Below are positions 39,415-51,481 of a stretch of DNA of 64,000 bases, one piece after another. Source of the stretch: Nitrospirales bacterium (GTDB lineage: Bacteria; Nitrospirota; Nitrospiria; Nitrospirales; UBA8639); contig CBDBCZ010000012.1 of NCBI GenBank assembly GCA_965203295.1, positions 512,001 to 576,000 on the forward strand, given 5' to 3'. The position numbers and the translations under genes were made by a program. Under the pieces are notes generated by a model. The model was given only the letters and a program-made list of their open reading frames with translations. It searched no databases and was not told where the DNA came from. The first letter of the stretch is position 1; each line of letters begins with the position of its first letter.

Positions 39415-41390
39415 TGGGCGGTTACTTTTACATGGGCGGGTATAATCACAGATCGGTTATTTTTGCTTATCCCACATTACATCATCTCTAATAAATTTCA
39501 TTGGATGAGAGCAGTAGGATATATAGGCGCATATCCTACAGTTCTGTACTTCCTTAGTTACATATTAGTAACATAACCTCAAGCTACTTCACGATAGTTA
39601 CGCACATGCGCAGTAGTGGGATAAGTCAGATAGAGCACGCCCCAGCAGAGGATATGTGCCCAAAATATCCTCTTTGGATACGGTTTTATCCCTCGGCTGC
39701 GCCTCAGGTAAAACCGCATCCGCGGAGGATATATAGGCGCATATCCTCCGCTGTGATGTGGCCTATCCTATACAAAGCAACCGTTAATAGCATGGTAGAT
39801 CTACAGAAATATCGTTGAGATCAGCCTGGTAGATGTGGTGTCCCTTGAGGTAGGAAGCCTTCAGGCAGGTAAACTGAACGAGCTCCTTAGCGTTACCTTA
39901 GCTACCGTAGCTTAGTCTCGTTCCCAGAACCCTCCACTAACCGTAGCTAGGGTTTTCTCGCTACGACTAACGCCAACTTCTTGGTTTTCACAGTCTGATT
40001 CTCGTCGCTATTCTGTATGGTCGTGTTCTACGTATTAGCTGCATGCTCTGCTTGCTATAGACATTCACACGTGCAAACACTATTAATTTTACAGATTCAA
40101 TTTCCTGCCTGGGCTGCACGTGCAAATTATGGGCGGTTATGTTCATAGAAGGTTTTACACAGGAGTAAACTGTTGTTGCAGTAAATAGATCATGTTATAC
40201 TAGAGGGGCGGTTTTTTACAGTACTCTCTATATATGCATAGAAACTTTAATTTTCACCCCTACCTCTAGCTTAGCTAGTAGCTGGCATGAGTAAGCTTCC
40301 ATGCTGGCCGTGTGAATTAGACACACAAAACGTATTCCTTGCTTGGATGGCTACCAGTGTGCAATGAGTAAGTGATATACGTGTGTGTATAATTATCTGG
40401 TTGCTATACGTATAGTTCCCATGCAGACATTGTGAAACTGAAGTGATTTGCATGGTTTGCTCCGATTTTGCTCTCCCTCACTCTGACTCATGCACTTGCT
40501 GGCTCACTACCATGACTACATACCTCCAGTGTGGTATTATTATACACGGCAGCTGTGAATGACAATATATGATACAGGGGCGTGGGAAGCAGAAATAGAG
40601 TGGTCTGGCCATAGAATCTTGCCCGTATTATTCTGAAAGATAGGAAGCACTCTCAAAATTTTGTTGTATTTCACATATTAATACGTATAAGGTTATATGA
40701 CGAGGGAGGCAGCTACCACGTCTTTGTCAACTTTGGACAGCTTTTTAGAGAAGTGATTACAAAGCCATTGCACACGTGGCATGCAGTAATGTACGTGTGC
40801 ATGCGTATTAAAAAAATGTGGGTGTGTCCCGTTGAAGAAAGTCGTGCGGGTCATCAGATGACAGTGGCAAGTAAGCAGCTTGTGGAAAAAGCATGCATAA
40901 TTATAGCTTCTTGGAAACTCATCACTCTAGTCATGCAGTTGTCTTCCTGGTGATGCTATCCTTGTTCTTGCTTGTGTTGCTGCTTGGGTACAATGAGTGC
41001 CACTTTGGGTGGTTCATGCACTCCTGGTAAACTGAATTGGATTGACTACTGTATTCAAGCAGTGTGGGGTATGTTTTTTTTTCTGAAGACCTCTAGTTTG
41101 TGTAGTGATGTTCTTACGTCTTGACCTCGATACTTATAGGCTCACTTGCAATGTATAATTGCATTGAAAACTGCTGCATTTATGCTAACCCCACCCTTAG
41201 CAGAAGTTCAGACTTTGAAACATGCGATGGAGTAATCTACATGGCACTGTCACATATGGCAGTGTTTGGGTGTATGTGCACTTAGTGATCCTCCATGTCC
41301 TGACGTGCCCAGACTCACGAGGTGCACTGTCTTTCAAAAGATTGAACAGATGTGTGTAGATGCCGAGCTAGTCTGCTAATTAGGGCAGTT

Positions 41391-41502
41391 TAGCCTCGTA
41401 CCCAGGCCTTCCCTGCACTCACGAAAATAAATGAGGAAAAGTAAAGCTTCTAAGCTTAAAGTTTATTTTCGCGAGTGCGGGGAAGGCCTGGGCACGAGGC
41501 TA
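41391..41502. mobile_element. AcademH-type MITE (TAG...CTA ends, 9-bp TSD)
   Basis: tagcctcgtacccaggcc...ggcctgggcacgaggcta is flanked by agggcagtt on both sides. The empty site is visible in units 1 and 2 (~21820, ~31694). Confidence 0.85.
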
Positions 41503-42172
41503 AGGGCAGTTTGCACTGAAGGGTGAGCAGAACAGAGGCAGAAGAGGAAGTTGATGTTAGGGAATTGGTACTCTTTGAGTGGGTGGCATAGAGAGACTAG
41601 TGTTACTAAGCACCACAAGATGTATGTAAATGTATACAGAATGATGGGTTTTTGGGTAGCAGGTTATCATCAAGAACCATAAAACTATACACATACTTGT
41701 AACCTACACCTCCTAAATCCAAACCCAATCCCCCTATCTATCAACTATTCAATTACTGTTTGTCAAGGGCATAGGCTATTCATGGTTTAAAGATAGATAG
41801 AGACGAGAAGTAGGTAGAGAAGTTTAAGAAGTGGTGGTAGATGCATGGATGCTGCCCAGAGAACCTGGGACGAGGAAGAACCAGAAGCCACCGAGCTCAC
41901 TATCACAAAGTTTGAATGCGATTTTAAAATATTGAGTTAGAAAAGGGGGCTATAAAGGTCACCCCTCTATTAAGAATTTCATGAGTATATACGTATTTGT
42001 CTTACGGCTCTAGTTTGATCTGTATCCAGTAAGGACCCTCATGAAAACCTAAAAGCTTATCAAAGAGTAAAAACTGAAGTGCCACGAACCGAGCAGCCCC
42101 CAGCTTCCCCACAATACAGGCCCACGGGGACTCATGTTTGTTTTTATTACACCCATGCATACACACATATGT

Positions 42173-42336
<164 letters not shown>

Positions 42337-42542
42337 GGTGTGCTAAACTCGTGGATTTTCTCAAGCATTCCCTTCTTTTCCAAACTCCCTGTCCACACCT
42401 ACCTTCCACTGATGACCTCGCCCTCCCCTTCTGGGACTACATACAGTGCTTACAGAAATGGCAGATGGGGTGAAGACCGAAGCGTCAACGTGTGTATGTT
42501 TATGTTATTGAGACATATGTATGCTTCAGAGTATGTGCACAT

Positions 42543-42625
42543 TAGCCTTGTTCCCAGGCTCTCTGCCACCGCTTATTTTACTTCATGCGAAAAAAAGCTC
42601 GGCAGAGAGCCTGGGAACGAGGCTA
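42543..42625. mobile_element. AcademH-type MITE
   Basis: tagccttgttcccaggctctc...gagagcctgggaacgaggcta with TSD tgtgcacat. Confidence 0.85.
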
Positions 42626-43029
42626 TGTGCACATTAGGCTCGTACACAGTTGCTATAATAATGGGAGGAACGCTTTAATGTCCTGTATATGCCATGTGCT
42701 TATTTTTCAACATTCTAGGGATCCAGATATTAGCATGTGTGATGCCCGTGGTAGGATGATGTTTGGGACACGTTTGTGGCCGTATAACGCCTGGGCACCA
42801 GTTTTTTCTTTCAACTAGCCTCACCTGAACTGTGTCAGATGTGCTGTAGCGAGAGGAAATGACATGTCGTTTCTTTTACACACCTACCATCTTCTCACAC
42901 GCATGCAATCTGTATACTCACTCAAACTCTCCCTCCCTCTCATGCATGCACACACCTTCTCTCTCTCTCACACACACACACCTATTCATTCACACACATA
43001 GACATACACAAAAATCTTGACCCACATAC

Positions 43030-43165
<136 letters not shown>

Positions 43166-43653
43166 TTGGCAGTACCGACAACTTGTGGTGTGGTCTACCG
43201 TTCTTACAACTGTGCGTGATATTGAATTAGCCACCCCCTGGTATATTTCAAACAAAGCACAGTATACATGCATGACTGAACTTACTGCGCAAACCTGATG
43301 ATACTCCCAAGTTTTCAAAAGTTGGCTTGGTGCAACATGAAAAAGTAAGAGAACATTATGAAGTACTTACCAAGCTGGTGTGTGTGTGACTGTGTGTACA
43401 TGTGTGCGTGGGGGGGGGGGGGGGGGGGGGGGAGAGAGATGTGTCACTGTTGATGGTGAGTTTCTGTGACCTTTTCACCATCTCCCTAACGCCAACATTT
43501 TCTACTTCTACAGATTGCCAGAAGAGTGCTAAGAACTCTTTTTTTCCCCCTCCTCCACTCCATGAATCCTCGAATGCCACCTCCAATTTTACCTATATAG
43601 ATCTCTTTATTTAGAAGATCTGCATGGAGCCTTGGCAATACCATGTTGGACAC

Positions 43654-44100
43654 TAGTCTCGCGTGCCAGCCCCTCGCATGAAAGTAGGGTCTGGTGTGGT
43701 CACGATACGGCAGTTGTGACAACGCCAAGATCTGGGCGGAGCCAATCAGATTCGTTGTTTACTGTATGACATCATAACTCACGTAGAAACTATTTCGCAC
43801 TCACTTAACTTTTCAGTGATGGCGACAACTAGCGATATACGAGAGATTGTTGGTCGAGCAGCGACTTCGCTTGGTTATTCTGAGCTGAAACCCGAACAAG
43901 AACAAGCCATACTTGCCTTCGTTCGCGGGAAGAATGTATTCGTTGCTCTACCTACAGCACTTAATTAATTATCTCACAACACTTAATTATCTGACCACAC
44001 TGTGTAAGCGCTGCGTAGTAATTGCATTCCACTGTCACAACTGCCGTATCGTGACCACGCCAGACCCTACTTTCATGCGAGGGGCTGGCACGCGAGACTA
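43654..44100 (+). mobile_element. Internally deleted AcademH element retaining a RecQ-like helicase N-terminus (43819-43956)
   Basis: Long TIR tagtctcgcgtgccagcccctcgcatgaaagtagggtctgg and TSD gttggacac. The internal frame MATTSDIREIVGRAATSLGYSELKPEQEQAILAFVRGKNVFVALPT is an SF2 Q-motif leading into motif I. Confidence 0.85.
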
Positions 44101-44680
44101 GTTGGACACATCATGACACACTACCCATCTGATAAATATCTTGTAATTCACTGTGAATGATTAAATATTTTTATAGCTACAGTACATGTGTATTTATATC
44201 TCTTACACAAGCATATGGTCCTGTAATAAAGCACTGCATGACCTCTATGTCTGCCTGTTGGTTAGGCTTTTAGACTTGTATGCTGGCATAATTTTGGAAA
44301 TGATACGTGCTTCTGAGAATTATGTTGTAATGACCAGCTCTACAAAGTGTGACAAATATAGACACATTACAACTGCATGCAGCTAATTATAGGCAGAGAT
44401 ATTCTGAATGTGTATGGCTAGGTGCTAAGAAATTACAAAAATCTGCAGGGGGTAGCCGCTAAAGGTAGCCAGCCCCGCCCATTCTGTGTTCCGATTTAAT
44501 AGGTGTGGTTTCTTTCGTTGGTGTCCGGCCATTTTGCAGTGTAGGTTCGCCCCGACCAAGAAAATACGCCGCTAGAATATTGAGTATAGAGTGCCCATAA
44601 CCCCAGGCCTTCCTGGGACTAGCTACAATTGCTCACGGGATCGCAGACGTCGCCCCTCCCCTAGGGCCGGCCCTATAGGA

Positions 44681-44750
44681 GGCGGAAGTGCGATGTAGTT
44701 TACGTCATAACAATAGTTGGCCAATCATATGCAACCATCTGAAATTTAAA
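44681..44750 (+). promoter_or_regulatory. Cyclin B proximal promoter: ETS-like ggcggaagtg, CCAAT box (44721-44725), CHR-like TTTAAA (44745-44750)
   Basis: The motifs lie about 120-190 bp upstream of the ATG in a CpG-rich stretch. CCAAT plus CHR is the established G2/M promoter arrangement of animal cyclin B genes. Confidence 0.5.
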
Positions 44751-44866
44751 AAGCGGTCATCTGTTGACGAGATCGAGAACTTGACGCCTGCTCAATTTTA
44801 TAGACTGTTGTTTTGTTTTTTATTTCATTTGTTGGGGAGTGACAGTGTTCTTTGGATTTGTTGGCG

Positions 44867-47333
44867 ATGGCTCTCAGAACTATTCAGGTATCAATGGTTT
44901 CTTTCTTATTCCTTGAAGTAGTATTCTAACTTCTGACAACTTTGTACAGGCAAGAGGTGAAAATGGCACGAAGAGTCATGCTTTAGGAGGCAAGTCCTTT
45001 CTGCCGAGAGCAGATGTCAAGCCAAGAGCAGCGCTGGGGAGTATTGGAAACATTGTGGTGGACAGAAAGGCAGGCCCTGGAAAGGTTAGATTACTCTCTC
45101 TTACTTTTGTAGACCCCTTCCTCCCCCCTCCCCTCCCCACTACCTCTCTACACACTAATGGTTCCTCACTGTGATTAATCTCTGTTAGATATCGCAGGCC
45201 ATGAAGAAGAAACCACTGCCAGCTGTTTCAGAACCAGAAATGATGGAGGTTGGCCAGTTGGAAGACCCTGAAATCGACGACATAGATGCAGTAGATGCTG
45301 ACAACCCTCAGCTGTGTGCTGAGTATGTCAAGGATATCTACCAGTATATGCAGCAGCTTGAGGTGAACACACAAGTTTGTCAGTATAGGATAGACTACTC
45401 CCAAGAGTGGGTTATGCGCCTATGTAACCCACAAGTTTGTGGTTATCCCAAGGCAAAGCCGAAGGATAAATGCAAACAAGTGAGTTATAGCGCACAACAC
45501 ACCAGTAGGTGTGGTCTATCTGACTTATACCACATTGTGCATGCGTACAATCTGCGCTGCGTAGCAACGTAGCAAACTGTGTGTTATGAATCTATGTAAC
45601 CAATATTTTTTAGACAATAATATTGGTTACACAGGTTCACACCTCACACTTTATCTGTTCGCTATATTGATACGCAGTGTAGATTTTACGTATGCACAAA
45701 GCTGAAACTCTATACGTGTAGTAGTGAGACTAGTGACTCATATTTTCTTGTTATGTGCCAGAAAACTTCTTAAGTTGTTGGTGCAGCAATACCCCTGCAG
45801 CTATGTAAGACATAGAGGTCTTTGAAGCCTTGTTTCCAGTCTTTAACCCAGTTTTGGTGTTAGTGGTGCAAAAATAAGCAAACAAACTGTGAGGTGGAAC
45901 CTGGGAATGAGGATAAGGCCTTGATTGATGCAGTTAATTATCTCTGTGCTGTTCATTTTTATCCACACAGAGAAAGTACCATGTCAAGCCAGAGTATTTA
46001 CAGAGGCATCCACAAATCAATGCCAAAATGAGAGCCATCCTAGTGGACTGGCTGGTTCTAGTCCACCAGAAATTCACCTTGCTGCAAGAAACTTTGTTTC
46101 TCACCATCTCTATCATTGATCGATATCTTGAGCTTGAAGTAAGTTGGCTGTTGTGTAGGCATTATATGGAATAAGCATATGTAAAAGTGGGCAACCTGAC
46201 TTTGTATAAACAGATTTGTGTGGTTTAATGAACGTTGAAATACGTTTCCGGTTCACCAGAATGACTACGAGGTACAATTACAACCAGGGTTTCAATCCAG
46301 TGTAGGTAATTCTCCTCAGCAAATTTGCAGTAAGCAATTAGTTTTATTCTTTTCCTTCAGATTGAGAATGTGGATAAGTCCAGACTGCAGCTTGTGGGCG
46401 TCACAGCTATGCTGATTGCCAGCAAGTACGAGGAGATGTATGCTCCCGAAGTTCATGATTTTGTATACATCACTGACAACACCTACTCCAGTTTGGATAT
46501 TCGAGACCTGGAGAGACACATGCTGCGAAAAATGGAGTACAGTTTTGGCACACCCCTCTGCATTCACTTTCTCAGAAGATTCTCACGAGCTGGACAGGTA
46601 AATCTTGCCACTTGTTCTGTGAACACATACCAGAATTATGTAAAGGAATGTTGTTCATCATTGTTTAGGTGACACCTGAAATTCACACAATGGGGAAATT
46701 CCTAATGGAGTTGTGCTTGCCAGACTACAAGGCTCTTCAATTCTTGCCCTCACAACAAGCTGCTGCCGCACTGTATCTGGCAATGAAGGTGTACGATGCA
46801 GGAGACTGGGTATGTACCACTGTGTGTAATCTTGTCCCCTGACCCTTTACCCACCTGTAAAAAAAATGCGTGAAGAAATCTTCACTAGCAATTTTTTTTG
46901 CAAAAGGATTTGAGGGTCTGGGCACAAATAAAAATCTGTGAACCACTGATAGAAGTAGTCTTTCCCACATGTGGAAAGGGCCTTGGAATGGGGCTATAAT
47001 AGTAACTAGCTACAAAACTGCCTGATTTATGTCTGAAGTTAAGTAACCGAAATGTGTGAGCCTTAGAATTTGGGAAAGTACATGTACATATGTCTAATGG
47101 TATGCTGTAAATCTTTTCTTTTGCCACAGTCACTGACCCTGCAGCACTACAGTGGGTACTCAGAGGAAGACGTCCTACCTTGTATGCGCAAGATGGCCCA
47201 GTTATTGATGGAGACGCGCACATCAAAACAACAAGCTGTGATGAACAAGTACTCCTCTAGCAGGTTTTTCAAAGTCGCCAAAGTAGCAGGACGTCACGAC
47301 CAGATCAAACATCTTGCTTATCCATCTAAATAA
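44867..47333 (+). CDS. CCNB: G2/mitotic-specific cyclin B (~359 aa). Exons 44867-44887, 44950-45084, 45189-45362, 45971-46138, 46361-46597, 46669-46809, 47130-47333
   Basis: N-terminus MALRTIQ, destruction box [25 protein letters not shown], cyclin box [49 protein letters not shown]. All introns are GT-AG, phase 0. Confidence 0.95.
45383..45533 (+). mobile_element. 5' part of a Crypton-like non-autonomous element in cyclin B intron 3
   Basis: Starts gtataggatagactac and the hairpin closes with gtggtctatctgacttataccac. Same terminal family as 19767-20077. Confidence 0.5.
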
Positions 47334-50300
47334 ATCGCACTTCAAAACTGCATTAAGTACAGTTGCCTGTTGTATAATGTAATGTATTATTGCAACTTCA
47401 TGCAAAATCACTTTGGGCGGGAAAGGGTGGGGCTCGGTGTATCTGAACACGGGCAAATCAATGAATCCTGATCGAGAGCACGATACAACATGAAAGGTAT
47501 TCGTGTAGCTGGGGGCTCAAAAGTAAAGTGGCAATAATTTGTGGTCTTAAAATGATGCTAGTTGCTTAATCAATATAATATAATCTCCCAAAAGCGCCTA
47601 AATTAATTATAGCCCGAACTATGGTATTAGCAACAGCAGTGTTTATTACCAACCTAGTGTCATATCCAACTGTTCCAACTTTCTAGCTGGGACATCGACA
47701 GCTATATACAAGTCTTGTTACAACTACTCTATGTTCCAAAGGCACCTTAGCTAGAAGATCACTTTCCTGGGGTAGTTCCCTGCACCATCTACATGCTTAG
47801 TATGCTCTTTTGCTGTACTATTCCCCTTCCACGCCTGTTTCTCTTCATAAAATTCAACTTCCATGCTCTTTAGAACTGCTGATCAGGCAGTTACTGCTGT
47901 CCAAATTCTAGCAGCCGGCTCAGATAGGCCTGAAATCTCGGCACCCCACAAGCACATAGCTACGGGAAGCAGTGTTCTAGCCAGAGACAACTGCAAAGAG
48001 CACTGCTTTCTCAGAGATCAAAGCATAGCTGTGGTTTTAATTACATTCTTTCAACCACATCAAAAGAAAATTGTATACCTAAGAGCGGTGGAGCACCACT
48101 CTTCCACTCTTTAGCTAGAACACTGGGAATTAAGCCTATCCTTGATTCCAGGATTCACTCGGAATCACTCCCCAGCTTTTGTTTGCACATGATGTATGGG
48201 AATTAGGCTAGGGTGGCTTGGGAATCAAACCTACCTGATCTGTGATGAACCGCTTTGGCACGTACGTAAGTGCATGAGTAGGCCTTGATCAATGAAACCG
48301 ACCTGTGTGGCTGTGCTGTGCAGACCATCTGTTGATACACGTACCGCAATGCCATTGTTATGTACATCCTACAGTCTAGCTCTCATGCTAACACCACTGC
48401 AACACACACAGTAAAAAGTAGCTACCTGGCTATGGAGTTTTGACTTCACTCTACAGCATGTTGGCAGAGGTGAGATGAAGGAGAGGAGACTGGTGCCCTG
48501 GGAGCAAAGGAAAGAGCTACCATACCCTTTTGGAGAGGACCACAAGGCACAAGGAGGCCCTGCTCACAGGACTCACTAATCAAGTGAGCCTGTAAATTAG
48601 GTTGTGATACTGACTTTGAATCGCAGTCTAGTGGCCCCCTCTCTCCCTGCATAGTACCAGTATGCCAGTACTGGAGGCAAAAATGTGGCAGCTGTGGGAA
48701 GGAAGGAGATGCTGGGTCTAAATTGTTACATCTAACTGCAAATTTGAGCCCATAGGACACTAGCCTCATACCCAGGCCACGTGGTCTGGGTATGAGGCTA
48801 CTGTGACACGACTACTGGCCTCGCTCTACTTTCCTGTGCTGAACAATTGTATGGGTATTACATGGATTTGAGAATAATTGCATGAGCAATAGGCAAGGTA
48901 ATTGCAACTGGAGAGTGGGTCTTGGGAACAGGGCTACTGCAAGAAACTCATAACAGGATTCAGGGGCGTAGGAACACTTCCGCGGGTGGTCCGACTCAGA
49001 AGGGTATGCCTGTGGAGTAGCTCAGTACACGCAGTGCGCAAAATGTTTTCTTTAAGCTTTTTAATGGGGTCAAGAATTGCTCTCATAGGGTCTTTGCGAG
49101 TCTTGGTAAATCGTGCATACAGAAGTAGGCTTATGGCCGCGTGGACCTCCAAGCCTCACAGGAAATCTAACGAAAAGTCACCGGCCTGGGGAACGAGGCT
49201 ACAGCTTGTGTATGTTCGATTGCGAGTTCGCCAAAAAAAAAAAAATTGCCAGCTTCAAAAAGTGGTCTGGCTAAATCCGGACCAGCCGGACCGCGTGCTA
49301 CACCTGTGACTCATATTGCGAGGGGGAGAAATAACTTCCAGGTAAACTTGACGTGCAAAATTCTTTTCATGTACACTTGAGATCACGAAACACAAGTTCC
49401 TTGACAGTGGAATAGGATCCATTTCCTGTTATGATATCATATCAAGCACAGTCGCTAAGTGGTGGTCAGTACCTCCCCAGAGAGGGGTGGAGTATTAATC
49501 ACTCTCACCTTGCACCCCCTCCCCCTCCCTCCTACGCACACCCATACACACTCCACTGTATTATTACACGAATGAGAGATCTGAGCATAGGTAGTCCTGC
49601 TGTAGACCTATAGCACTGATAAGTCAGAGCCTTTGCAGGTAGCCTTGTACGCAGGGTTCCACCCACACCAAAAGAAAATAGGTAGGGCCTGAATATGTTA
49701 ACTTGCAGGTTAGCAGTTATGTCACTTCTGTTGTGTCATGCTGTATGTCCTTATTATTCAAGGATACTATATGGTGATTTTGTCCTTTTTATTCAGCACA
49801 ATGTATCAAAACGAATTGTCCTTTTTATTCAGAGAATACTGTTCTATTATTACTCAATGACCACTGGATGTCAAGGCTTGTGTGCAGTTACTCTCTCAGT
49901 ACTCTACTTGTCTTATGACTATCTATTTATTGAAGATTGACATTGGTCAATGTATAGTTTTTTTCATGCACTGTTGCAAATTGTGTTATTTACCTGCTCA
50001 TACGCCAGGGGTAAAATCTTCTAGAGATGTTGTTTTTTCTTCTTTTATGTATGATGTTGGGGTATCTGTTTGTGTGCATCATTTTCTTCTGGTATGTGTC
50101 TTTTTGTGAACTCTAATATATGTATCAGAAAACTCTTCACCTGAGCACAAGAGAGATGGAGACGCCTGGACTAGCACTTGTACCTAAACTCACACTTGAA
50201 CTCATATCCTTGCACAGATGAAAGTAAATTTAGCTGCACAGGTAATGATCAATCTGTAGCCAAAGCACTTTCTATTGTTGTAGGCTCTACAACATTTTTG

Positions 50301-51367
50301 CATGAGACAGTGAAAGGGGATAATTTATAGAGGCAGCTTTTAAGAGGTGTCGTCAGGAAATTGACTTAGAGGGCACTAATGAACCACTACTAAATTCATG
50401 TAAATAATCTAATAAGTCATTCAAAAGCATCAACTAGTTAATGTCACTAGGTATACATAGCTCTGCAGTCTGGATGTGTTCTTTTTGAAATAATGTAATA
50501 TACGTACATGCAGAGTCGACAAAAGCTACGAACACATACATGTAAAGTCTTCCGAGGCTATTTGTATTATAGTGCCTTTTTGTGTATTTGCTTACCGGAA
50601 AACTTCGTATACTCCGGTAGATCCTACGTACTATTACGACCGGCGCGTGCGCGCGGCGGTGGTGGCGCCGCCGCGCGGGTATGCGTTTCCAATCACAGAT
50701 CACGATCAGATCTATATCTACGTTCCAAGGTTGCAACTCCGGCTATTCATTGTGAACTCAAACTTCAGCAGGGAAGGTGAGTAGAAGTCCGCTTGAGGAC
50801 CTTTCTCGTTGTATTTACGCTTAGCTCACGGCCTTTTTGGTGCCCAGATATTTAATCACTCTGTATGATAGCCTCGTTTCCAGCCCTCCCGTTTTTAATG
50901 TTCACTTGCGCTATCCTTGCACGTCCAGGTATTAAAGACCGTCCCTTTGTCCGAAAAAGGCGCAGGCTGGGAACGCTGCTAGTAAGCTTATTAGTATTCG
51001 TGGATGTTGTTTGTATGCAAGAGTTTACTATATTTTCTGCAGTGTGCCCGTCAAATCGTTTACTGGTTTGCATATATATTATCACACAACTGTTTTTTTT
51101 TTGACAAGGCCCTTGCAAGCTTACATGTGATGCTCGCATAAAAACTGCCTCCTGATGTCGATACCGATTGCAGTTATGCACGGGCTGCGTTGCCCGCGGC
51201 TGTACTACGTGTGCATGAACGTCTGACAAGGTGGCTAGGAAGCCGACCCCGTGATCGAGTGATTGGTAGTGGACTGGCAGGTTAAGCCATAGAGTATATA
51301 GCTCCGTAATACAGAGCTGTTTTATATAAGCTTAATAGCTCAGTAAGAGATCAGACCAAGCTAACTG

Positions 51368-51481
51368 TAGTCTCGGTACCAGCCCACCTATCAAGTCGGA
51401 GATCGCTTACAGTATCCCGCCACGAAGAGTGGGATACTGTAAGCGATCTCCGACTTGATAGGTGGGCTGGTACCGAGACTA
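51368..51481. mobile_element. Palindromic AcademH-type MITE
   Basis: Near-perfect fold-back tagtctcggtaccagccc...gggctggtaccgagacta with TSD agctaactg. Confidence 0.88.

Larger units (their letters stand above)
31896..41670 (+). repeat. Tandem segmental repeat unit 3 (with Crypton; deletion near 40680; extra MITE at 41391)
   Basis: Collinear with unit 2. Similarity ends after gcaggttatcat at 41670. Confidence 0.95.

Noticed and set aside
50500..50790. CpG-rich patch with a gtgagt donor, possibly a first exon
   Set aside because: No convincing reading frame or downstream exons could be linked to it.
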